A stretch of DNA of 63,583 bases, counting the filler, from Bigelowiella natans CCMP2755 (taxonomy: Eukaryota > Protista > Cercozoa): assembly GCA_000320545.1 (NCBI GenBank). It is 4 parts of 4 records of this genome, joined end to end, with 100 filler letters (N's around TTAATTAATTAA, not from the genome) between each part and the next. Parts side by side here need not be neighbours in the genome. Positions count along the whole stretch, not along the records: positions 24,526 to 47,345 come from ADNK01000484.1; positions 47,446 to 61,689 come from ADNK01001771.1; 2 more parts are not named here. One strand, given 5' to 3'. The first letter of the stretch is position 1; each line of letters opens with the position of its first letter. Shown here piece by piece: positions 44,731-54,785 of the stretch. The notes beneath the pieces were generated by a model, which ran no database searches, was not told the origin of the DNA, and saw only the letters and a list, made by a program, of their open reading frames with translations. Made by a program: the position numbers and the translations under genes.

Positions 44731-45197
44731 GCAGCAGCAGCAGCAGCTTGGAGGAGAAGGAGAATGATAAAATGACGACGAAACGATGCGTCGTGTTTTT
44801 CCCATCAACGTGAGCGATCATCTCCTCCTCCTCCTCCTCCTCTTACCCCCCTCCCCTATTCATTCATCGTATTATATCATCCCTTCTCTCCACAGGTTGA
44901 GATTCGACACCAGGGAGGGGACATGTCCGCGTTTCATCAGGTGATTGAGCCACTGAGAACCATTCATCGTGTTGATGACGATGATGATGACGATGAGTAG
45001 TAGTAGTAGTAGTAGAAGAAGAAGAAGAGGAAAATATGTTTAAAGGCGCCTCCGCATTCACGCTGTGCACCCACCTCCTCCTCCCTCCCACGTTTTCTTA
45101 CACGCGAATACAACAGGAGGACGTCCATGATGAGGATGATATGCTTCGTCAGATGCAGTAACTATGCCATTAGAAGAAATATGTTTAGTTATGAAAG

Positions 45198-45232
<35 letters not shown>

Positions 45233-45874
45233 GGGTTTCCAACTTCAATGTCGTTTTTATGTTGTTTTAATATCCCTCCCTCGCTTAGCCCTCCTAACCC
45301 TCCCCCCCTTTCCCCTCCCCCCCATGCGAAACACATCCCTCCTTTGAAGATACTCAATTAGAAGTGGTGCAGTGGATGAGAAGGCAGCAGCGGTATGTCG
45401 TACTATAATTTGTATATAAGTAAGCATTTTTATTTTGGAAAAGGAAGAAGAATACGATGATGACGGTGACGATGGTGATGGTGGTGGTGGTGGTGGTGGT
45501 GGTAACCGTGAGGTCTGAGAGGAGGAAAAGGAGGAATGGGATTGTTTACCCAGTAGTATTATTAATGCAGGAGGGTTGAGAACACGCCCATAAGAATAAA
45601 AGGAAACACACAAACGGCTAAATTTGTCAAACCCTCCCCCCTCTCCCCTTCTCTTAGATTCAATCTATGCAAAGCTTTGCGGAGTTCTGCGGTAGGGAAA
45701 CAACATCGTCGCATGCATTTGTATGCTCTCAAATTACCAACCTCTGCTCCTACTTACTTTTCTATAGTAACAAGCAGCAGCACCCTACCTTGCAGGCACA
45801 TTTTGATCATCATCGTCGTGATCATCGCCGTCATCATCGTCGTCATCATCGTCCCCCATCATCAACGACGAGAA

Positions 45875-45916
<42 letters not shown>

Positions 45917-46571
45917 CCATCGAATCAGGGCGAGGTTATCTGCCTTTTATCAAGCCAACTCTTGACATTTGTAAGGAGATGCTGGAGTACCCTCACGAGT
46001 TCGTCCGCCATGGTACTACCTACTTGTCGATGTAGTAGTAGTACTACTACTAGTAGTAGTGGTGGTGGTGGTAGCACTTGTTGTTGTTGCTGCTGCTGCT
46101 ATTGCCACCAACTACACGATCTGCTGCTGCTGCTGCTGTGGTGATGCTAGTGCAGGGCGTTTACGTATGAGTAAGCAGCACCCGATGCATACACATACAC
46201 TTCTCTTACTCCTCTTCCTCCTCCTCATTGATGACGACGACGATATTTCAAAGGTGTCGCGGCGGTGCTGCACGAGATGATAAAGCTGGCACACAAGACG
46301 TTCCCCAACCCGCAGAATTCCAACAAGATGCAAAAGAGCGCCATGGCTATCGTCATGGCGACCTTACCGCACATTCTGGAGGTAGTGGTGGTCCTGGTGG
46401 TGGTGGTGGTGCTTTTGATGATGATGGTAATGATGGTGATGAAGAAGTGCTATGACAATGACAACGATGATTTGCGGATATGCATTCACTGCTGCTGCTG
46501 CTACTGCAGATGATCAACGTTGAGACGGATAAGCAGTGCTGTGCAGAGGCGGTGGACGCGGTATAGTATAA

Positions 46572-46608
<37 letters not shown>

Positions 46609-46716
46609 CATAATATTTGTATCATTGTACAAACATCATGAGACGAAGAGCACCGGGTGGATGATGAGGGATACCTATAGACAATGACGACGATAATTAT
46701 CGAGGACGGAAGAGAA

Positions 46717-46758
<42 letters not shown>

Positions 46759-46898
46759 AGAAGACATCGATGGAGCTTCCTTTCTCCCCTTTCTAATTCT
46801 GTGGCGTATATTCTTTAAATGATAATCCGAGCACGTTTCGGGGCCAACATGATCGATGTAGCATCGTCCATTCAGTGTCGTAAACTGTGCTGATGATG

Positions 46899-46931
<33 letters not shown>

Positions 46932-47100
46932 TACAACTGCTCAGGTGAAAACGTCTATCGAGAGTTTTGGAGTTTCTATTCTGGAGGTAATGGTAGTAGG
47001 CAGTGGTGGTAGCAGCAGTGGTAGTTGGACTTGGAGGAGGTGTCGTTGCTATGGTCATCGTTACTTGTTATCCTTTATGTGTGGAAATGAAAATGAGACA
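37455..47100 (+). CDS. IPO4: Importin-beta family HEAT protein (importin-4/Kap123- or importin-5-like), multi-exon, truncated by the gap at 47346
   Basis: Exons read [12 protein letters not shown]|[20 protein letters not shown]...DARARQ|[10 protein letters not shown], then [111 protein letters not shown]|[10 protein letters not shown] and [27 protein letters not shown]4 versus IPO5 is not certain. Confidence 0.85.
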
Positions 47101-47345
47101 GACAACGTTCGTAATACCTATACCCCCCCCCCCCCACCCCCCCCCCTCCTTCTTCTCCCCCTTTCGGGAAATTTTTCCGAAATTGGGGGAAGCCTCTTTT
47201 TAAAAACTTCGAGGGCCGTGATTGCCCCCCGGATAGATTGATGTTTCCCTTGGGTGGGGGGGGTGGTGGTTTTAAGAATATAAAAAAATCCTTATTTTTT
47301 GGGATGATAATGTTGAATCTATTGGTGTTTTTTTTTCTCCCCGGC

Positions 47346-47445
47346 NNNNNNNNNNNNNNNNNNNNNNNNNNNNNNNNNNNNNNNNNNNNTTAATTAATTA
47401 ANNNNNNNNNNNNNNNNNNNNNNNNNNNNNNNNNNNNNNNNNNNN
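47346..47445. other. Assembly spacer (44N-TTAATTAATTAA-44N)
   Basis: Same 100-nt linker; flanks are low-quality homopolymer-rich sequence. Confidence 0.95.
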
Positions 47446-47623
47446 TTCCTGGGGAATTTCGCTTCCCCCCCCCCCCCCCCCCTCTTTTTATTCCTGCACT
47501 ATTACCCCAGAGGAAGGGACCGAGAGCCTTTTCAGCTGCCAGGTTTTTTTGTGTAGTATAGTAGTAGCAGTAGTAGTAGAAGCAGTAACGTTAAATGATA
47601 ACACATTCGCATACAATATAACA

Positions 47624-47659
<36 letters not shown>

Positions 47660-47795
47660 TGAAGAAGGGGTACGGATCATAAGTAGCAAAACCCTCAATG
47701 GTGCCCCCCTCGATCCCTATTCTGAACGTGATAGTGGAAGGGTCGGCTGCGAAGGGGGGGGGGGGCGGGACCTGAAATCGACGTGCATTTTGCAA

Positions 47796-48583
47796 TCAGC
47801 AGAAACGCCGTGTTAGGAAGAGGGCGAGTGGTGAGAAATCAAGCTACTGCTTATGATGGAAAAACACGGGTGCTTAAACGCTAACGACGAATCCGCTGTT
47901 TTCGTTCATGAAGTTTCTCCAGGGATCTTGATATCGTCTCCTCGGCTCATGCTACAACAGCTACTACTGCTACTGCAACTTCCACTACTGCTGCTAGTGG
48001 TAGTACCTCGTTGTGCACGGGGGTAGGATGGTGCCAGAACTTCCACAATTCCGGCATCTCAGGAGCTTCCACAACTTCCACCTGATGATGATGGTGATGG
48101 TGATGGTGGTGATGATGGTGATGATGGTGATGGTGATGATGACGATGATGATGATGATGATGATTACGATGACGATCGCAACAAACAGAGCTACTATCTC
48201 CCTTAAAAAACAAAGTAAAAATGGAGAAAGTGTCTATTCGGTGTACCTTCAACCTACTATTCACTGCATCGTGCGCCCAGAGGCCGCTGAAAGAAGTAGA
48301 TTTCAGTGATAGGAGAACGTGAGCGAGTTTCTTCTTGCGTGGATGTGTCAGCTATCATGGCTTTTTTGGGGTGCAATTGTATTATGAAGACAACGACACA
48401 ACAACAACAACAACAAACTATCGCCTTGTAGATTCAATAATCATCGGTGCCTTCGCTGCGTGAATGCATTCAGATGGCATTCGTACAAAGAGAATCGAAG
48501 ACGGTTTATGCTATCATATCACCACACCTCTGGCCCCAGTACATTAGCAATCTCACCTAATAGTAGTAGTTGTAGCAAATTTA

Positions 48584-48620
<37 letters not shown>

Positions 48621-48988
48621 GGTGTTTGTTGGTATTTGTGGTGCAGATTCTTGTTCTTCTTCTCCTTCTTCTTCTTCTTCTTCTTGTTCTTTTCCCTCCC
48701 CCTCCTCCGTACTTCTTTCTCGTCGAGAGCTAGAGCAGAGGCCAACTGCGGATAGGTACGTTGTTGAGCGAGAAGAAACAAAGGCAAGGTTTTTATGAGT
48801 CGAACGAGAAGACGATGATTATTTTATCTATTGTATAATGATGATGATGAGGAGGAGGAGGAGGAGAGGGGGAGGGCAGATGGGGCCTTATCCCCAATAT
48901 CTCAACAAAGCACTCATGACTTTGAGCTCGCACGAATCAAACGACCCACGTCGCAGCATAAGGTTCATCATTATTGCCCATTGAAGAA

Positions 48989-49023
<35 letters not shown>

Positions 49024-49507
49024 GCACTAATCCTACTACGAGGACGACTCTCACCCCATTGAAATCAATCTCCCAGACATCGTCCGTCTCCATGTCAAAG
49101 CTGCATCATTTGTAATCAAGCATTTGGTCAAGGAATGGCCTGCTCTGGCATACTCATACTAGATGTCAGAGACGTTGCGTCGTGTCGTAAGCCGATATCA
49201 TTCAGTGCTCGCCAGTAGATAGATGTGTGAAATGTATCATGAGGGAGGGGGGAGGAGAAAGTCGGGTTGTTTTTTTTTTTAAAAATGAGGACACGCAGTG
49301 TGGTCAGTGGCCTTTAGTAGTGTAGGCTATTGGTTTTGCTGCTGCGACAACTACCCCCAAGAAACAGACACGTGCGGGCTTTCGATTGAAACATGCACAG
49401 ATCCGTCAGGGGCATTCGTTTGAATCCATCTGATGATGTGTGAATATTGATGATGATGATGATGATGATGATGGTGATGACGATGATGACGACGACAACG
49501 ATTATGG

Positions 49508-49547
<40 letters not shown>

Positions 49548-49590
49548 AAGATCATAATGGCAACACCGAGCACTGCCGAGCTTACTAACA

Positions 49591-49623
<33 letters not shown>

Positions 49624-50609
49624 CACACACAAGACACGCAACACGCATGCGCGCAGTATTTGCATGATTCTCGGAATATCAGCCGTGACTCTAGCACGAA
49701 ACGCAACTACTTGGAATCCATTCCGAGCCATCGTGCTCTGCCGCTGGCCTTGAGTACGGTTCCCGCTGCTGGCAGAGGGTGAGCGTCACGAACTCGCTTT
49801 ACTGCTTCCTCGACACTGCATCAGGATGAGAAGGGAAGAAGGCGAGTGGGGAGGGAGAAAGGAGGGGATTAGGCAAATGCTTCGCCATCGGGGTCACACA
49901 CGCAGGGCTCACAGTATCACTGAGCGCGAGCAAAATGTGCGAAGAATGGAGAGCGTTGTGGGAAATAATTGGGATGAGGGCGCATCCTTTTCTCTCCTAC
50001 CAACAAAAATATTCACATCCGCAATAGCCTAGGTGGCCCTCTTTTAGGTGTTCTCGCTTCAACAAATTACTACTGCTACTACCACCTGATCGGTGCAGGC
50101 TCCCCCCCCGCAACACCGCTGTTAGCGTAAGACCTTCTCGACCTCTGCCTTCGTCGCGCAGCGCAACCGCGTGTCTCGCGCCGCCGTTGTGAGAGAAATG
50201 AGTTTTGGCCGCCCATTTCTTTTCTTCCCTGACCATGTCTTCCCAGCAAATGTGTTAATTCATGCTGCTGCTGCTGCTGTGTGCTCCACGTTGAGAAGAG
50301 GGGAGGGGGGAGGAATTGTGGCTGTGCTGGAGAGAAGGCGCGCGTCTGGATGCGTGGTGAGGTATTTCTCTTTCGTAATCGTAACCCGGGGAATAATCCT
50401 GATGGTGTCTCGGGGTTTCTTTCTCCTTTAAAGGCGAACATATGCGGCCTGGAAGTTGCACGCGTGTTTGGGGGGGGGGAGAGCATAAAGCCGCTGGTGC
50501 TGCTCTTCACCGATGCCACCAGGAACAACACCAAGCTGTTCATAGCCAGGAGAAGAATGAATCTCGGTGCGTGGCGCTCACGCGCCACAGGAGGGATGGG
50601 AAGCTCCAT
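47796..50609 (-). CDS. Hypothetical protein with a bipartite (signal + transit-like) N-terminal leader, probably plastid-targeted
   Basis: The N-terminus MELPIPPVARERHAPRFILLLAMNSLVLFLVASVK is followed by an S/R/P-rich stretch. Phase-compatible exons give YCGCEYFC|CDTVSP|AVEEAVKRVRDAHPLPAAGTVLKASGRARWLGMDS|KWIQTNAPDGSVHVSIESPHVSVSW|GFDMETDDVWEIDFNG, then GLWAHDAVNSRLK|VEVVEAPEMPELWKFWHHPTPVHNE|HEPRRRYQDPWRNFMNENSGFV. Some internal joins and the 3' end are uncertain. Confidence 0.55.
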
Positions 50610-51458
50610 CCAGGAGGTACGGGGGGTGCCGATGGGCGCGGAGCTCGGCCTGAGAAATTGTGTGGAGAGATTTAGGAGAAAGGCCTGTGTTTGTTGCCTG
50701 CGACATGCTTTTTCGCAGCCATGATGACAGAAATGTGCTCGAATCTTTCTTGAGCGGAAAGGAAGCTCCCCCGAGGTTTCCTCCGGGCGGCCACGTGTTT
50801 TTCAGCGAAAGCCCCTGTTTTGCAAGGTCCAGAAGCGTCTCTGGACTTCCTTTGATTTGGGCTTTCCCACTGGGGTGTCTGTTGCATCGTCGTGCAACGT
50901 CACGTGCGATGCAGGGCCACTTGTGCGCGAACTGTGAACTTGCATTTCTGTCCTCCACTGTGCCTTCACGAGTGTGTGCTCCAAGCGTTGCGATGGGACG
51001 GGAACCCAGCACTTGCAATTGTGGGTGTTCCTGTGTGTCTTCCACGTTGTTGCACCCTGCTGTCGCAGTGGGGTGCATCACGTGTCCATGGTGTGCACCC
51101 ACACGAAGTGGAGACCCCTGGATCCAACCAACAGCACGTGCGTCGTTCCTGAGCAGGCCCGTCTGACATCGACACTTGTCCCATTTGTGTTTGCATTGCA
51201 CCTCCTGTGAGCTTGGGCCGATCATTGACACCCAGGCCTCATCCAAGAACTTGTGGAAACGTCTTTCACACAGTTCGACGTGTCCAACCTTCCTTTTCAT
51301 TCCTCAGCTAGCTCAGCGCCAGAGCGGCTCTGCGAGCAAAAGAAGCTGGACCAGTGGAGGAGATCAAGAACACACGAGGGCAACGGGAACAGCAAAAAGT
51401 GTGGCACGTGTCGCAAACAATCCCTCCCTCCTGTTCATGTGTGGTGTGGTGACATGCA

Positions 51459-51619
51459 AGCAATGACATGCAACAACGATCATCACAACCGCCAGTGGCG
51501 GCATCTGCGATGTGGGCAGAGCCCACCTGCTCGCAAAGCGATGCGACTGTGTTGTGCGACTGCATCATTGTGCTGCCGTTGCGGCTGCATCGTGTTGCAT
51601 TGTTGCACTTGTGTTTCAC
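51459..51619 (+). repeat. Inverted repeat, left arm
   Basis: Reverse complement of 54007-54151; the 65-nt core 51488-51552 is identical to the reverse complement of 54062-54126. Confidence 0.95.
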
Positions 51620-52049
51620 AGGGTGCTTTTTTGGGGGAGGGGGTGTGCACACGTGCAGCATGCACACACGTGATGTGCACATGTGTGCACACGTGTGTGC
51701 ATTGTGCATCATGATTTGAAAAGTTTTGGTTTTTGCAATGCCACACAATCCCTTGTTGATCATGAAATGAAGGAGGTCAGAAAAAAGCACTGATCAAAGT
51801 GGGGGTCCAAAAAAAAATGAAGAAGCATGCGATGTCATCATGTGCTGTGTGCCGTGCCGTGCCGTGCTGTGTGCTGTTCTGTTGGGAAGCGATGTGCGGT
51901 GCTGTGCGACTGCCATGCATGTTGCGATGATGGTGTGCATGTGAAGCGAAGCAAAAGGATTTGGCAAAGTTTGTTGTCACACATCAACAACAGAAGGGTG
52001 CTTCTGAAGTGAAAGGTCATCTACATGTCAATTGTTCCAACCACATTTT

Positions 52050-52714
52050 CTCCAAACTGGACCCGGTGTGTGTGCGGAAGCAGTCTACGTGGCGATGAGA
52101 AGATGCTCCCCAGATTTGAGAGCACAATCACCATCATGCCCACCAACAGCAAACAGTTTGCCATCCCCAACCGCCACACCCGACAAATTCCTCTCAGTGT
52201 TCACATCAGGGATTTTCTTCCACCCTTCTTTGAGATAGTCCTCAATCGCCTTCTTCGTTTCCTGCTGTTTCCCCTTGGGTGAACTCAGTTGCGAGATTCG
52301 CTCCAGCTTTTCTTCCAGCTCCCGGATGCGGTTGTTGGCCTCCTCCTCTGCCTTCTGCTCATCCTCCAACAATTTCCTCTCATCTGCTTCTGCCTTCTGC
52401 TTCTCCTCTAGCAATTTTCTCTTATCCGCTTCTGCTTTCGCTTCTGCTCTCGCTTCAGCCTCCCTGACGGCCTCTTCTTTGTTCTTCTCGGCCATCTCCA
52501 ACTTCTCTTTAAGCTCCTCTGCTTCGTCGTCCAATCCAAGTTGCTTCAAAAACTGGAGAGAACTCATTTTAGGAGCAATCTTATTGAGCCCTTCGGCCAG
52601 TTGACCTGCCTTGGGTCGCTTGGTTCTGTCTGTGTTCAGGCACAATTTTATGGTTTCCCTGAGAAACGGGTCCGTCTCATCCATGTCATCATAATTCAGC
52701 CTCCCATTTTTCAT
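52050..52714 (-). pseudogene. Remnant of a protein kinase C-lobe tail + coiled coil + one Kelch repeat
   Basis: ORF 52085-52714 contains FLRETIKLCLNTDRTKRPKAGQL (kinase subdomain XI-like), E/K/A-rich heptads, and WKKIPDVNTERNLSGVAVGDGKLFAVGGHDG (Kelch). It stops after one blade. Upstream sequence has stops in all frames. Confidence 0.7.
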
Positions 52715-53235
52715 GGCACTCTTCTTACCCGATTTCGAAATTGACCTTTGTTACATTGTTGCGACATCTTGATGGGAGCTTTCTTTCTAGCTTTCTAGCT
52801 GTCTGCCAGTTCCAATTGAAAGTTGCAAGCTGTGGCAAGGGGGAAGGACAACTTTGTGGCCTGCATGGGCCGGACAGCTGCCAACCAGAAAATTGAATGC
52901 TTTTTTGAATGGCTTTTTGTCATTGATGGGGTTCGGAAAACTCAAAAACTAGCAATGTGCTTCCGAACCTTGGCAACTTCACCCCTGAAACTTTCCATTC
53001 CATGCATGCATTTTCCAGAAACATCACAAGTGTTTGGGATGTGTTTCGCCGAAGACTTCGAGGGGCTTCTGAGAAGAATGCTCTTTGAATGGATTCGAAT
53101 GTGCCATTCCTTGTCGGCCACCTCATCCACCACTGTTCTCATCTAGCCGATGCACATTGAGGACGTCATCTGCTCGGTTGAGGAGGGGCATCGTCTGTTC
53201 TTTGCCTGAGAAAGGCAATGTTTGCATGCAATCAG

Positions 53236-53271
<36 letters not shown>

Positions 53272-53844
53272 TGCGGCCGTTGCAACAGTAATCGTTAACA
53301 AACCAGCTATTACTGTCGCAAGACAAGGCAATTTTGCAGCCTGCTCTAGCTGCTGCTTCATCTGCACTTCACAGAACTCTCGTGCATTCCCTCCCCCCCC
53401 CCCCCCCTTCCCTTCCGTCGCCCCCCCACGATCCATCATCCTCATCGTCATTGAATTCGAAAGAAATATCCATCTGTGCGTGCGGGTTCAGATTCCAATG
53501 GAAGAAGTTGCGAAGATTGCCGAAATACTTAAGGTGAAGATCAAATGCAGAGCCCATCCTACCGCGTCATGTGCTAATCTCCTCCCGTAAAAATCTGTTC
53601 CTTTTTCTTTATACTGCTGCCCAGATTACGCTGCCAAAATTGAAGACGCACCATCGCGAGGTTGGCGTGAAGATGAGCAGAGAAAAGAGGGCACAGTGTC
53701 CCTGAAAGCTCCGCTTGGTCTCCCCAAAGTGAAGCGTCTCTCCCGACCTTCTTAGCAAGAGCGAAAGGAGAACTCCAAAGGCCTCTGATTCGAAGGGATT
53801 TCCTTCCATGTTTCTCTCTCACCGCTCACACGAGTGTGCATGCA

Positions 53845-53885
<41 letters not shown>

Positions 53886-54006
53886 GTGTGTGCACGTCTG
53901 GACGTGTGCTTTGGTTTGATTTCATCCGTGCTTGCAATTCTCAAAGGGCATCACTGCCATGCGATGCATGAGCCTTTCATTCTGCACACATCGGTTTGAT
54001 CCGCGC

Positions 54007-54151
54007 GTGAAACATGAGTGCAACAATGCAACGTGATGCAGCACAATGATGCAGTCGCATGACACAGTCGCATCGCTTTGCGAGCAGGTGGGCTCTGCCC
54101 ACATCGCAGATGCCGCCACTGGCGGTCATGATGATCATCATTGTCATTGCT
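54007..54151 (-). repeat. Inverted repeat, right arm
   Basis: Matches the left arm apart from a 4-nt and a 12-nt indel and transitions at pyrimidine-purine dinucleotides. Confidence 0.95.
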
Positions 54152-54785
54152 CACACATCACACACGTGTGTGATCTGGCTTTGACAGGAGTGGAAAAAAA
54201 AAGCTTGATTTCAATCGAGCTTTTGTTCGAATGCATGAGCCCAATGATCTTGCTTTGGGCTTTTTCAAGTTTCGCTCACGACTTCCACCTCAGCAGTGTG
54301 AGGCAGTTTCGCTCGCTGCTCGGTCAACAGGCAACACGTGATGTTTCCGCGCTACGAAATTGATCAAAACAAGTGCAATGATGGATGCAACGTGTGCTGG
54401 CATTGCTGTGTCTGTTGTGCAAAATGCATGTGCCACGTGTCTGGATGTTGCACACACACACAGCACGCACTCACATGACAAATGTTGTGCATTTGCACAC
54501 ACCTGCTAGCTAGCTAGCTTGGACTCCTGAAGAGCAATTGGTCAATTCATGACAAGATGTCACATGCATGCCACGCATCAATGAATCAAATTGCAACCAC
54601 TTGTCATGCGTATGTGGCCCAGAAAATGCATCATGAAGATGAACTACTACTGTTGCTCCTGAAATGCATGCTAGCATGTTCGAACCAATCACGAGTGGAC
54701 AATTCGACCCAGAAACGCATCCATGAGGGGGAACATCGCATATAACTGCAAATTGAGTGACTCAAAATTCATCACGACGGCACGT

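Larger units (their letters stand above)
50675..54780. mobile_element. About 4.1-kb TpA-erased island containing inverted repeats and a gene remnant; probable hypermutated mobile/repeat element of unknown class
   Basis: 50675-52021 has one TpA (in CTAG at 51308). 53761-54600 has four TpA (3 CTAG, 1 CTAC). Inverted repeats lie at 51459-51619 and 54007-54151. No transposase or RT is recognisable, so the element class is unassigned. Confidence 0.55.

Noticed and set aside
47446-49162. Continuation of the importin gene on the + strand after the gap (e.g. GPYPQYLNKALMTL, PIEINLPDIVRLHVK)
   Set aside because: The minus strand gives phase-consistent GT-AG exons belonging to the 50609-start gene, so the + readings are probably shadows.
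724-49706. Hundreds of ORFs with poly-M/S/T/H/I/Y or alternating CV/HT/LS tracts
   Set aside because: These are translations of intronic microsatellites with no family motifs.
50578-51300. 240-aa minus ORF as a LINE C-terminal zinc-knuckle region (EDTQEH)
   Set aside because: Loss of TpA removes TAA/TAG stops and creates long spurious ORFs in several frames here. The Cys/His spacing is not convincing and no RT domain is visible.
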